Of a stretch of DNA of 34,894 nucleotides, positions 9,967 to 23,017 are shown in pieces. A model generated the notes under the pieces. It did no database searches. It had not been told where the DNA came from and saw only the letters and a list, made by a program, of their open reading frames with translations. The first letter of the stretch is position 1. Each line of letters starts with the position of its first letter. The stretch is taken from NCBI GenBank assembly GCA_016650415.1, contig JAENVU010000469.1, positions 1 through 34,894 of the forward strand, given 5' to 3'. This stretch comes from Acidimicrobiia bacterium. GTDB taxonomy: Bacteria; Actinomycetota; Acidimicrobiia; IMCC26256; JAENVU01. The position numbers were made by a program, and so were the translations under genes.

Positions 9967-11682
9967 CTACACCCGGGGCGGGTCGACCGCGACCCGGAGA
10001 CGGCCGGCGGCGCGACCGAGCGGTTGCGCGACGGCCAGGGCATCGGCCAGACCGTCCGCCGTCGGCCCGAACACGAGCGCGGTCGAACCGGTCCCCTGCT
10101 CCGACGGGCCGAAGACCCGGAAGTCACGCCGCAACGCGAGGGACGCCTGCTCCACCGCCGGCGTTTCGCCGGAGAGCTCTGCGACTGCACCGGCCGGGGG
10201 AAACCCGAGCAACGTGCGCCGTTCGCGCTCGGCGGCCATCAACGCGCTGGGGTCGCCCGTCAGCACCCACTGCACCACGTCGTGGTTCGGCGATCGCGTC
10301 TGGATCAGGAGCCGGCCACCCCGATCACGATTCCCGACCCCGCGAGCGGCACGCGCCACCAGCCCGGCCGCCTGCTGGGCCGCACGCACCCGGGGTGCGA
10401 ACAGCTCCTGGTCCAGGTCGAGGAAGGCCACGAATCGAGCGTCGACGCGATGGAGCGCAGCCTCGGTTCCCACCACGACCGGCGCGGTGCCCGGCTCGTC
10501 GATCGACGCGTCGAGCCACGCGATCTCGGTGCGGGGCAACAGCGCGGCCAGCGCGTCCCGCAGGCGCTGCACCCCGAGGCGGGAGGCTCGGAGCTTGGTT
10601 CCGAGGCATGCCGTGCAGATCACCGGGCGTTCCACGCCGCACTGGGGACAGCGGAGTGTCGACGCGTCCTGCTCCACCACGGCGGCATGACACCGCTCAC
10701 ATTCGGCGACGGTCGAGCAGGCCACACAGGTCAGGAGCTTGGCCCGACCCTTCCGATTCAGGATGCAGACCGCCCGATCCCCGGCATCGACCACCTGGTG
10801 GAGCGCACGAGCGAGTCCTTCACTCAGCAGGCCGTTGCCCGGCGGTTCCTCGCGCAGGTCGACGATCTCCACGCGCGGCCACCCGGCCCGCTCCCGCGCG
10901 CCCGGAGGCCGCATCACCGCGCCGCCGATCGCCGCTTGACCCTCGGGGGTCGGCACCGGAGCGATCAGGTGCACGGCCGCGCCGGTCCGATCGGCACGTT
11001 CGATCGCCACGTCGCGAGCGTGCCACGTCGGGGCCCGCTCCTCCTGGAGTGCTTCGTCGCCGTCGTCGAGCACGATGACCGCGGCGAGATCGGGTACCGG
11101 TGCCCACACCGCGGTGCGCCCACCGACGACCACGACGTCACCCCGGCGGGCGTCGGACCACGCACGGGTACGCACCGCGTCGTCGACATCGGCCCGGAGG
11201 ACGACCACCCGGTGACCTCGGCGTTCGAGATCGCGGACCAACCCACTGATGCGTCCTTCGGCCGTGAGGATGAGCGACGAGCCGGTCGCCGCGATGAGTC
11301 CGGCGATCAGCTCCCGGCGATCAGCGGCGGGCGGCCACGCCGTCACCGAGCGCGGCGGCGAACCGTCGAGCCGGCGGTGAGTCGTCTCGGGCCACGGGTC
11401 CCGCACCGCGTTCGGGGCGGACGCGCTGCGGTACAGCGCGACCGGCCGCCCGGCCCACCGATGGGCGGTCCAGCGACACAGGTCCATCAACTCGGACGGT
11501 GGTCCCGCACCCACGACCTTCGCGATCGGCAGCAGTCGACCAACCCCGGCTTCGGGAGTCACGCCGTCGGCGATGATCCACCCCCGGACCCGCCGACCGT
11601 GCAGGGGCACCCGCACGATCGTGCCGACGCGCAGACCCGCGCCGAAGTCCGTCGGCAGGAGATAGTCGAACTCACGCTCCAC
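9967..11682 (-). CDS. priA: primosomal protein N' (PriA) homologue with degenerate helicase motifs
   Basis: 571 aa with a GTG start. It has an N-terminal 3'-DNA-binding-like region ([14 protein letters not shown]), a Cys-rich zinc region [17 protein letters not shown]...CPQCG...CTAC, and the conserved position after metK. No GxGKT/S P-loop is present. Confidence 0.85.
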   Translation of the reverse strand: MEREFDYLLPTDFGAGLRVGTIVRVPLHGRRVRGWIIADGVTPEAGVGRLLPIAKVVGAGPPSELMDLCRWTAHRWAGRPVALYRSASAPNAVRDPWPETTHRRLDGSPPRSVTAWPPAADRRELIAGLIAATGSSLILTAEGRISGLVRDLERRGHRVVVLRADVDDAVRTRAWSDARRGDVVVVGGRTAVWAPVPDLAAVIVLDDGDEALQEERAPTWHARDVAIERADRTGAAVHLIAPVPTPEGQAAIGGAVMRPPGARERAGWPRVEIVDLREEPPGNGLLSEGLARALHQVVDAGDRAVCILNRKGRAKLLTCVACSTVAECERCHAAVVEQDASTLRCPQCGVERPVICTACLGTKLRASRLGVQRLRDALAALLPRTEIAWLDASIDEPGTAPVVVGTEAALHRVDARFVAFLDLDQELFAPRVRAAQQAAGLVARAARGVGNRDRGGRLLIQTRSPNHDVVQWVLTGDPSALMAAERERRTLLGFPPAGAVAELSGETPAVEQASLALRRDFRVFGPSEQGTGSTALVFGPTADGLADALAVAQPLGRAAGRLRVAVDPPRV

Positions 11683-11736
11683 CGCGGTCAGATCGACCGC
11701 AACCCGAACGACGTGCTGGTCGGGTATCGGGAACGC

Positions 11737-12927
11737 CTAGAGCTTGGCGGCAGCGGCACGCAGCGCATCGGCGCTGGTCGTGTGCTCCCAGGTGAAGTCG
11801 CGCTCGTTCCGACCGAAGTGGCCGTAGGCCGCGGTGCGACGGTAGATCGGCCGACGCAGGTCGAGGCGCTCGATGATCGCGGCCGGGCGGAGGTCGAAGT
11901 GCTCCTGGATCAAGGCCGGCAGCTTCTCGGGGTCGACTTCGGACGTACCGAACGTCTCCACCATCAGCGACACCGGACGCGCGATACCGATCGCGTACGC
12001 GACCTGCACCTCGCAGCGCTTCGCGATTCCCGCCGCGACGAGGTTCTTCGCCGCGTGCCGGGCTGCGTAGGCGGCGGACCGGTCGACCTTCGTGGGGTCC
12101 TTGCCGCTGAACGCGCCGCCGCCGTGCCGCGCCATCCCACCGTAAGTGTCGACGATGATCTTGCGGCCGGTGAGGCCACAGTCGGCGTGCGGGCCACCCA
12201 ACTCGAACGTGCCGGTCGGGTTCACGTGCACTTCGAAGTCGTCGTCCGCGAACTGCTCGGGGACGAGCGGACGGATGACGTGCTCCATGAGGTCGGGCGT
12301 GATCATCGAGTCGCGGTCGATCCCGGGGGCGTGCTGCGTGGAGATCAGCACCGTGGCGAGCCGCTTGGGGACACCGTCTTCGTACTCGATCGAGACCTGC
12401 GTCTTGCCGTCCGGACGCAGGTACGGAAGCGTGCCCGACTTGCGCACCTCGGAGAGGCGGAACGCGAGTTTGTGCGCCAACCAGATGGGCATCGGCATGA
12501 GGTCGGCGGTCTCGTCGCACGCGTAGCCGAACATCATGCCTTGGTCACCGGCGCCGGTCTCGAGCATGCGGTCGGTGTCGCCGGCACGCTGCTCCTCGGC
12601 CTTGTCAACGCCTTGGGCGATGTCGGGGCTCTGCTCGTCGATCGAGGTGATCACCCCACAGGTGTTGCCGTCGAACCCAAACGACTCGCGGTCGTAGCCA
12701 ATGCTGCGAACGGTGTCCCGGACGACTCGGGGGATGTCGACATAGGCCTGGGTGCTGATCTCACCCGCCACCACGACCAGTCCGGTCGTGGCGAGGGTTT
12801 CACATGCCACTCGGCTGTTCGGGTCGTCTTCGAAGATGGCGTCGAGGACGGCATCCGAGATCTGGTCGCACATCTTGTCGGGGTGACCCTCGGTCACCGA
12901 TTCCGACGTGAAGGTGTAGGCGCTCAA
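11737..12927 (-). CDS. metK: S-adenosylmethionine synthase
   Basis: 396 aa, with [17 protein letters not shown] and [16 protein letters not shown]. The TTG start overlaps the coaBC stop (TTGA). Confidence 0.97.
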   Translation of the reverse strand: MSAYTFTSESVTEGHPDKMCDQISDAVLDAIFEDDPNSRVACETLATTGLVVVAGEISTQAYVDIPRVVRDTVRSIGYDRESFGFDGNTCGVITSIDEQSPDIAQGVDKAEEQRAGDTDRMLETGAGDQGMMFGYACDETADLMPMPIWLAHKLAFRLSEVRKSGTLPYLRPDGKTQVSIEYEDGVPKRLATVLISTQHAPGIDRDSMITPDLMEHVIRPLVPEQFADDDFEVHVNPTGTFELGGPHADCGLTGRKIIVDTYGGMARHGGGAFSGKDPTKVDRSAAYAARHAAKNLVAAGIAKRCEVQVAYAIGIARPVSLMVETFGTSEVDPEKLPALIQEHFDLRPAAIIERLDLRRPIYRRTAAYGHFGRNERDFTWEHTTSADALRAAAAKL

Positions 12928-14162
12928 CGCTGCTCCTGGTCTTGGTGGGCGGACCCGCGTCCGATCAGTACGGTGACGCGGTCAAGGATCACATCAGCCA
13001 GCGCAACCTTGGTGAGCAACGGGGTGTGCTCGGAAGCGCCAGACGAGTCAAGCAGGATTGCCTGGTTGGTGTCGACTTCAAAGCCGGCATTCGGGGCCGA
13101 CACATCGTTCGCGACGAGGAGGTCCAGGTTCTTGCGCACCCGCTTCTCACCGCCGTTGGCCTCGACATTCTCGGTCTCGGCCGCGAAGCCGACGAGGACC
13201 TGACCCTGCTTCGCCGCGCCCAACTCACCGAGAATGTCGGGCGTGGGCTCGAGGATGATGTCCGGCGGACCCTCGGATTTCTTGATCTTCGAGTCGGCCA
13301 CCGCCTTCGGACGGAAATCGGCGACCGCGGCCGCCATGACGACGACATCACACGCATCGAACCGGCCGAGGATCGCATCGTGCATGTCCTGTGCGGACAC
13401 GACCGGGACCACGTCGATGCCGTCGATGTCGGCGGGTACCGCCGTCGTCACCAGCGTGACCCGCGCGCCGCGGGCCGCCGCCTGGCGGGCGACGGCATGA
13501 CCCATCTTCCCGGACGAGCGATTCCCGATGAAGCGCACCGGATCGATTGCCTCCCGGGTACCGCCGGCACTGACCAGCACCCGTACTCCGGCCAAGTCGC
13601 CGTTGCGGGTGAGGACACCGGCCGCCGCGTCGAGAATGCGTTCCGGTGCCGCCAGTCGACCCTCACCGACGTCGCCGCCGGCCAACCGCCCGGACTCGGG
13701 ATCGACGATGTGGACGCCGCGCCGCCGAAGAGTGGCGAGGTTCTCTTGTACCGCGGGGTGTTCCCACATCTCGGTGTGCATTGCCGGGGCCAGCACCACG
13801 GGGGCGCGGGTCGCCAGCAAGGTCGCGCTCAAGAGATCGTCGGAAATCCCGGCGGCGTACTTTGCAATGATCCGAGCCGTCGCCGGCGCGATGAGGACGA
13901 CGTCGGCGGTCTGACCGAGGTGGGTGTGCGGGATCGGCGTCCCTTCGGTCGTGAACAGGCTGGTGCGCGCCCGTTCCGACGCCAGTGCCGAAAACGTGAG
14001 TTCACCGACGAAGCGCAACGCGTCTTCGGTGAGCACGGGAATGACGTGCGCGCCGTCGTCAACCAGCCGGCGACAGAGTTCGATCGCCTTGTACGCGGCG
14101 ATCCCCCCAGAGACGCCGAGGACGACGCGTCGACCGCGCCAGACCTCGGGTTGACCCGACAC
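12924..14162 (-). CDS. coaBC: bifunctional phosphopantothenoylcysteine decarboxylase / phosphopantothenate-cysteine ligase
   Basis: 412 aa. The N-terminal flavoprotein half has [11 protein letters not shown] and the CoaB half has [11 protein letters not shown]. Confidence 0.95.
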   Translation of the reverse strand: MSGQPEVWRGRRVVLGVSGGIAAYKAIELCRRLVDDGAHVIPVLTEDALRFVGELTFSALASERARTSLFTTEGTPIPHTHLGQTADVVLIAPATARIIAKYAAGISDDLLSATLLATRAPVVLAPAMHTEMWEHPAVQENLATLRRRGVHIVDPESGRLAGGDVGEGRLAAPERILDAAAGVLTRNGDLAGVRVLVSAGGTREAIDPVRFIGNRSSGKMGHAVARQAAARGARVTLVTTAVPADIDGIDVVPVVSAQDMHDAILGRFDACDVVVMAAAVADFRPKAVADSKIKKSEGPPDIILEPTPDILGELGAAKQGQVLVGFAAETENVEANGGEKRVRKNLDLLVANDVSAPNAGFEVDTNQAILLDSSGASEHTPLLTKVALADVILDRVTVLIGRGSAHQDQEQR

Positions 14163-14164
14163 GA

Positions 14165-14491
14165 CTACCCGGCGTCGGGAGTTGCGTCTGCGGCTTCCGC
14201 GGCCGCCGCATCGGCGGCAGCAGCTTCGGCCTCGGGATCGACTTCGGGAACTTCGGCCTTGATGATCTTGCCGACTTCGATCTCCTCCAGGGCGATCGAC
14301 AGCGGCTTGCGCGAGACCGAAGTCACCTGGGGCGGCACGATCTTGCCGAGGCCGTCACCGAGGTGGTTGTAGTAGTCGTTGATCTCACGAGCGCGACGGG
14401 AGGCCAGCGTCACGAGCGTGAACTTGGAGTTCTCCCGCTCGAGCAAGTTCTCGATGCGAGGCTCGGTGAGGGACGCGCGGCGTTCGGGCAT
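14165..14491 (-). CDS. rpoZ: DNA-directed RNA polymerase subunit omega
   Basis: 108 aa, with ENSKFTLVTLASRRAREI and an Ala/Glu/Asp-rich C-terminal tail. Its position between gmk and coaBC is conserved. Confidence 0.93.
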   Translation of the reverse strand: MPERRASLTEPRIENLLERENSKFTLVTLASRRAREINDYYNHLGDGLGKIVPPQVTSVSRKPLSIALEEIEVGKIIKAEVPEVDPEAEAAAADAAAAEAADATPDAG

Positions 14492-14511
14492 GGTGAAGGG
14501 CTCCAGAAAAG

Positions 14512-15090
14512 CTAGGAAAGTCCGCCCGGCGAAGTTCGCCGACGGCGCTCCCCCAGGATAGCAGCGACCTCGCCGACCGCTCGCTCCAGGTCGTCGTTCA
14601 CCACCACGGCGTCGAATCGGTCGGCCAGCGCCTCCTCCGCCGCGGCCGTGGCCAGCCGGCGGCGGATCTGCTCGGAATCGTCGCTCCCCCGCTCCCGCAG
14701 ACGGGCTTGCTGGGTCTCCGGGTTGGGCGCCTGCAGGAAGATCATGAGCGCGTCGGGATACTGGTCCTTGACCGCCAGGGCGCCCTGGACGTCGATTTCG
14801 AGGAGAACGTCCTCTCCGGCCGCCAGCCGGGCTTCGACCGGCTCCCGCGGCGTGCCCTTCAGCTGGCCGTAGACCTCGAAGGACTCGAGAAATCCGCCCG
14901 CGTCTCTCGATTGCTCGAACTGTCCACGCGTGACGAAGTGGTAATCGGTGCCATCGACTTCATCGGGACGGCGGTCCCGGGTCGTCGCCGAGACCGACCA
15001 GCCCAGGTTCGGCACCCGCGCGAGCAGGGCCCGACCCACGGTGCCCTTCCCGACGCCCGATGGGCCGGCGAGGACGAGGAGGACCGCCAG
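14512..15090 (-). CDS. gmk: guanylate kinase (start codon non-canonical, see findings)
   Basis: The P-loop GPSGVGKGT and the SATTR motif are present. The ORF-track start (GTG 15039) lies downstream of the P-loop. The only in-frame initiator upstream of the P-loop is CTG at 15090..15088, with AGGA 7 nt upstream. This gives 192 aa. Confidence 0.8.
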   Translation of the reverse strand: MAVLLVLAGPSGVGKGTVGRALLARVPNLGWSVSATTRDRRPDEVDGTDYHFVTRGQFEQSRDAGGFLESFEVYGQLKGTPREPVEARLAAGEDVLLEIDVQGALAVKDQYPDALMIFLQAPNPETQQARLRERGSDDSEQIRRRLATAAAEEALADRFDAVVVNDDLERAVGEVAAILGERRRRTSPGGLS

Positions 15091-15099
15091 CGCGGGGTC

Positions 15100-15420
15100 C
15101 TACTGCCCGGCGAACGCGGCCAGCAGTGCGGCGCGTTGCTTCGAACCGAGACCACGGAGCCGGCGGCTCTCGCTGATCTCGAGATCCGCCATGATCCGCC
15201 GCGCCCGGACCTTGCCGACACCCGGCAACGACTCCAACACGCTCACAACCTTGAGCTTGGCCACGATGTCGTCGGCATCACTCTGGGCGAACAATTCCTT
15301 GAGCGACAACCGGTTGAGCTTCAACCGGGTCTTGATCTCAGCGCGCACACGACGCGCTTCCGCGGCCTTCTCGAGCGCAGCAGAACGCTGCTCCGGGGTG
15401 AGCGCGGGCGGGAGCGGCAT
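15100..15420 (-). CDS. mihF: actinobacterial integration host factor (mIHF/sIHF)
   Basis: 106 aa from MPLPPALTPEQRSAALEKA, with LESLPGVGKVRARRIM. The ATG at 15420 has GGAGG 7 nt upstream. The longer GTG start at 15453 falls inside a perfect hairpin, so I disfavour it. Confidence 0.88.
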   Translation of the reverse strand: MPLPPALTPEQRSAALEKAAEARRVRAEIKTRLKLNRLSLKELFAQSDADDIVAKLKVVSVLESLPGVGKVRARRIMADLEISESRRLRGLGSKQRAALLAAFAGQ

Positions 15421-15437
15421 CGACAGGACCTCCGAGA

Positions 15438-15486
15438 GCGCTGTGGGAAGCACAGCGCGTGGCAGCTTCAGGCGGCGCTGAGTATA
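15438..15486 (-). promoter_or_regulatory. putative mihF promoter -10 box and 5' UTR hairpin
   Basis: The minus strand has TATACT (15486..15481), followed by the perfect hairpin GCGCTGTG-CTTCC-CACAGCGC (15458..15438), then GGAGG and the ATG. Confidence 0.35.
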
Positions 15487-15518
15487 GGCAGAGGGTCCGC
15501 GCCCGCTCCGGGTCGTCG

Positions 15519-16226
15519 TCAGGGACGCCTCAGCTCCGCCTCCACCTCAGCCGCGATTGCCGCCGCTGCGGCGGCCGGATCGGCCGCGGCGGTGACCGGT
15601 CGGCCGATGACCAGCCAGTCGGCACCGCGGGCGATCGCGTCGCCCGGTGTCGTCACCCGGGCTTGGTCGTCGGCGCCGGCGCCGGCGGGGCGAATCCCCG
15701 GAACCATCGAGCGCAGCCCGGCCGCCGCAACGGCCTCGACCTCCCGACCGCTGCACACCACCCCGTCGCACCCGGTCTCCGCCGCGAGGGCAAGCCGACC
15801 GGCGAACGCGGACGCGTCGGGGTCCGACGTCAACACGGTGACCGCGAGTGTGATCGGGGCCACGAGCCCCGCCTCGGCCGCGCCGGCGTGCGCCCCGGCG
15901 ACAAAGGCCCGCAGCATGTCGGCGCCGCCGGACGCATGCGCGTTGAGATATTCGACCCGATGACGGGCCAGCGCCGCCGCGCCCCGCTCCACGGTGGTCG
16001 GGATGTCGTGGAGCTTGAGGTCGCAGAACACCGAAAAGCCCAGGTCGTGGAGCCGATCGAACGCTTCGGGGCCCGCTTCGGCGTACAGCTCGTAGCCGAC
16101 CTTGGCGATCCCGAACCAGGGGGCCACGCGTCGGGCCATCGCCAACGCGGTGGCGAGGTCGCCGACGTCGAGCGGCAACGCGAGTCGATCGCGGATCTCG
16201 GGTGGGGCGGCAACCGTCGTGTTCAC
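15519..16226 (-). CDS. pyrF: orotidine 5'-phosphate decarboxylase
   Basis: 235 aa from a GTG at 16226, with GAGGAG 8 nt upstream overlapping the pyrD stop. It has the DLKLHDIPTT active-site motif. Confidence 0.92.
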   Translation of the reverse strand: MNTTVAAPPEIRDRLALPLDVGDLATALAMARRVAPWFGIAKVGYELYAEAGPEAFDRLHDLGFSVFCDLKLHDIPTTVERGAAALARHRVEYLNAHASGGADMLRAFVAGAHAGAAEAGLVAPITLAVTVLTSDPDASAFAGRLALAAETGCDGVVCSGREVEAVAAAGLRSMVPGIRPAGAGADDQARVTTPGDAIARGADWLVIGRPVTAAADPAAAAAAIAAEVEAELRRP

Positions 16227-16236
16227 AGGATGCTCC

Positions 16237-17192
16237 TCAGGTGGCGGGGGATTGCAGGGTGGCGGTGAGGTCGGCGGCCCGCTCGACGCCGTGGTCGGCA
16301 CACCAGCGGGCCACCTCGTCGTGGATCCGGTTCACCGCTCGGGGTTCGTGGAAGCTGATCGTCCCGACGCCCACGGCGCTCGCACCGGCGATCAGCATCT
16401 CGACCGCGTCGAGCCCGGATCCGACGCCGCCCGTACCGATGATCGGAGTGTCGGGCAGCGCACGAGCGACGTCGTGGACCACCCGGAGCGCCACCGGCTT
16501 GATGGGGGTTCCCGAGTAACCGCCCGTGACCCCGCCGAGGCGAGGACGACGGGTCGCGGCATCGATGGCCAGACCCAGCAGGGTGTTGACGAGTGTCAGT
16601 CCCGTCGCACCGGCGGCGACCGCGGCGCGGGCGACATCGACGACTTCGAAGGTGTTCGGCGAGAGCTTGGCGAAGATCGGCAGGCCGAGATCCAACGAGG
16701 CGACGGCACCGACCACCTCACCGGTGGCTCGCGGTGAGTGCGCGAACATGCGCGCCGCGTCCTCGACGTTGGGGCAACTGACGTTGAGTTCGACGGCCGC
16801 CAACGCGGCGACGTGGGGTCGAAGCTGGGTCGCGGCGCGGCCGAAGTCGTCGACCGACCGACCCCAGAGCGACACGATGATCGGCACTCCGGCCTCGCGC
16901 AGCGCCGGGAGTTCCTCGCGTGCCCACGCCTCGACACCCGGACCCTGCAGACCGACCGAGTTCAGCATGCCGCCGACCCCGGCCGCGTGCACGCGTGGTG
17001 CCGGGTTGCCCGCCCACTCGAACGCGGCGAGTGACTTGACCGTGAGTGCACCGAGCCGGGCGGGATCCACGAGCCGCAGCACCTCGTCGCCGTGACCGAA
17101 GGTACCCGACGCCGCGACGACCGGGCTGCGGAGACGGAGCGGGCCGACGGCGACGTCGCAGTCGGTGCGCGGCGGTGCGGAGCGGCGACCCA

Positions 17193-17193
<1 letters not shown>
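16237..17193 (-). CDS. pyrD: dihydroorotate dehydrogenase, class 1 (Cys catalytic base)
   Basis: 318 aa from MGRRSAPP, with SGTFG, NVSCPNV, FAKLSPN and IIGTGGV. The ATG overlaps the carB stop by 1 nt (TGATG). There is no N-terminal membrane helix, so it is not class 2. Confidence 0.9.
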
Positions 17194-20534
<3,341 letters not shown>

Positions 20535-20535
20535 G

Positions 20536-21630
20536 TCAGCTCCCTGCCATCATGGCGGTGAAATCGGAAAAGAGGTAGGACGCGTCGTGCGGTCCCGGCC
20601 CGGCCTCCGGATGATGTTGAACGGAAAAGATCGGTTCGCCGGTCACTCGCAACCCCTCGCACACGCCGTCGTTGAGGTTGACGTGAGTGATCTCGACCGC
20701 CCGGTCGAGCGAGTCCGGGTCGACGGCGTAGTTGTGGTTCTGGCTCGTGATCTCCACCGAACCGGTCGAGACGTGTCGCACCGGGTGATTGCCACCGTGA
20801 TGACCGAAGGGGAGCTTGAACGTCGACCCGCCGAGGGCGTGGCCGAGGATCTGATGACCGAGACAGATCCCGAAGATCGGTACCCCGCTGCCCACCAGGC
20901 CGCGCACCTCGTCGGCGGCACCGACCACGGCGCCCGGGTCGCCCGGACCGTTCGAGAGGAAGATGCCGTCGGGCGTTCGGGCGAGGACGTCGGCGGCAGT
21001 GGTCCCTGCCGGCACGACATCCACGAAGCAACCGGCACTCGCCAGGTGGCGCAAGATCGTGCGCTTGATCCCGAAGTCGTAGGCCACCACGTGGAACGGC
21101 GCATCGGGATCGCCATAGGTGTAGGGCGCGCTGGTCGTCACACTCGCGGCGAGATCGGTGCCATCGGTGGATGTGCTCGCCGCCGCGGCGGTCCGTACGG
21201 ACGCATCGTCGGTCCCGAACGCGCCGGGAACCGCGCCGTGGTCACGCAGGTGACGAGTGAGGCGCCGGGTGTCGATCCCGGTCAGGACCGGGACCCGGTG
21301 CCGTTCCAGGAACCCCGTGAGCGACTCGGCCGCGCGCCAGTTGCTGTGGCGGCGGGCCAGATCGCGCACGATCACCCCGCGACACGCAGGGACCGCCGCT
21401 TCGTCGTCTTCGGGGTTCGTGCCGTAGTTGCCGATGTGCGGGTAGGTGAATGTGATCATCTGCCCGGCGTAGCTCGGGTCGGTGACGATCTCCTGGTAGC
21501 CGGACAGCGCCGTGTTGAACACGACCTCGCCGGTCGCGACGACATCGGTCACGCCCAGCATCTCGCCTTCGAAGACCTCGCCGTCGCGCAGGACCAGGAC
21601 GGCCGGTTCAGGTCGGGGGGCGCGGCTCAC
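20536..21630 (-). CDS. carA: carbamoyl-phosphate synthase small (glutaminase) subunit
   Basis: 364 aa from a GTG at 21630 that overlaps the pyrC stop (GTGA). It has the catalytic GICLGHQ and [13 protein letters not shown]. The 442-aa ORF in the track is an over-extension. Confidence 0.95.
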   Translation of the reverse strand: MSRAPRPEPAVLVLRDGEVFEGEMLGVTDVVATGEVVFNTALSGYQEIVTDPSYAGQMITFTYPHIGNYGTNPEDDEAAVPACRGVIVRDLARRHSNWRAAESLTGFLERHRVPVLTGIDTRRLTRHLRDHGAVPGAFGTDDASVRTAAAASTSTDGTDLAASVTTSAPYTYGDPDAPFHVVAYDFGIKRTILRHLASAGCFVDVVPAGTTAADVLARTPDGIFLSNGPGDPGAVVGAADEVRGLVGSGVPIFGICLGHQILGHALGGSTFKLPFGHHGGNHPVRHVSTGSVEITSQNHNYAVDPDSLDRAVEITHVNLNDGVCEGLRVTGEPIFSVQHHPEAGPGPHDASYLFSDFTAMMAGS

Positions 21631-22922
21631 GCGTGGGCCTCTCGGTTGATGACCACGGGTTGACCGCGCAACACGGTGTGGCGGACCCGGCCGGTGAGTT
21701 TCCATCCGGCCCAGGGCGTGTTGCGCGACTTGCTGGCGGAACGATCGGCTTCGACCACCCAGGTTTCGGCCGGGTCGATCACGCAGAGGTTCGCGGGGTT
21801 GCCGACCGCAACCGGAAGCCCGTGACCGAGCGCATCGAGCCCGGCGATGCGAGCGGGCTGCCACGACAGGCGTGCGAGCACGTCGGCCAAGGTGAGCGTG
21901 CCCGGATCACTCAGCCGGGTGATCGACACTGCCAGTGCCGTTTCCACTCCGAGCATGCCCGGTGGGGCCTCCTCGAACGGCAGCTCTTTGGTGGCCGGCG
22001 TGTGCGGGGCGTGGTCGGTCGCGATCGCGTCGATCGTTCCGTCGACGAGACCGGCGACGATCGCCTCGACGTCGGCATCGGACCGTAACGGCGGGTTCAT
22101 CTTGAAGACCGGGTCGAAGCTCGCGCACTCCGCGTCGGTCAGCGTGAAGTGTTGCGGGGAGGCCTCGGCGGTCACCCGCACGCCCTCGGCCTTCGCCGCG
22201 CGCACGAGTGCGGTCGCACCCGCCGTCGACATGTGCAGCACGTGATAACGACCACCGGTGATCCGGGCGAGTTCCAGGTCGCGGGCGACGATCGTGACTT
22301 CCGCCGCTGCCGGCCGACCGGGAATCCCCAGTCGGGCCGACCACTCCCCTTCGTGCATGTGTCCGCCGGCGACCATCGCCGGGTCCTCGGCGTGCTGGGC
22401 GATGACCGCGCCCGGCAGCGCGCTCGAATACTCGAGGGCGCGGCGCATCACATTGGCGTCTGCGACACAATCACCGTCGTCGGTGAAGATGCGGACCCCG
22501 AGGTCGTACAGCTCGCCGAGTGGTGCGAGTTCGCGTCCTTCGCGTCCCCGAGTGATGCACCCGGCCACGGTCACGAGGCACGCCGTCCGACGACCGTGCT
22601 CCAGCACCGAGCCGACGACCTTGGCGTCGTCGAGGGGCGGAGTGGTGTTCGGCATTGCGACCACCGCGGTGAAACCACCGAGCGCAGCCGCGCGCGCCCC
22701 GGTCTCGAGGGTCTCGGCATCCTCCCGGCCCGGCTCGCGGAAGTGCACCTGGATGTCGACCAGGCCCGGCGCAACGACCGCGCCGTCGGCATCCAACACC
22801 GTGGCGCCGGCCGCGTCGAGACCCGGTCCCACTTCGGCGATCACGCCGTCGCGCACCAGCACGTCGGCATCCCGCTCGCCGGTCTCGTCGATCACCCGGC
22901 CACCGCGAATCAGCACGCTCAC
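21627..22922 (-). CDS. pyrC: dihydroorotase (type I) with atypical first metal ligand
   Basis: 431 aa, with FTDDG, AQHAED, LHMST and IATDHAPH present. The strand-1 motif reads [10 protein letters not shown] rather than the D-x-H-x-H-x-R-E-P-G I expect. Confidence 0.9.
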   Translation of the reverse strand: MSVLIRGGRVIDETGERDADVLVRDGVIAEVGPGLDAAGATVLDADGAVVAPGLVDIQVHFREPGREDAETLETGARAAALGGFTAVVAMPNTTPPLDDAKVVGSVLEHGRRTACLVTVAGCITRGREGRELAPLGELYDLGVRIFTDDGDCVADANVMRRALEYSSALPGAVIAQHAEDPAMVAGGHMHEGEWSARLGIPGRPAAAEVTIVARDLELARITGGRYHVLHMSTAGATALVRAAKAEGVRVTAEASPQHFTLTDAECASFDPVFKMNPPLRSDADVEAIVAGLVDGTIDAIATDHAPHTPATKELPFEEAPPGMLGVETALAVSITRLSDPGTLTLADVLARLSWQPARIAGLDALGHGLPVAVGNPANLCVIDPAETWVVEADRSASKSRNTPWAGWKLTGRVRHTVLRGQPVVINREAHA

Positions 22923-22931
22923 GCCATCACT

Positions 22932-23017
22932 CCCCCTCTTGGCCCTGCGGGCCGGGCCGGTCGGACCCCACTCGGCGACCGCGGGCCATGCACATCGGAG
23001 TAGGCGCCTCGCTCACG
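22932..23017 (-). repeat. intercistronic cassette copy A (pyrB stop to pyrC Shine-Dalgarno)
   Basis: 80 of 86 nt are identical to 23935..24020 (offset exactly 1003 nt). A 66-nt core has a single mismatch. Confidence 0.9.

Noticed and set aside
10024-13203. 1059-aa plus-strand ORF antisense to priA, metK and coaBC
   Set aside because: It is a shadow ORF of the same kind. It spans three unrelated genes on the other strand, which no real gene would do.
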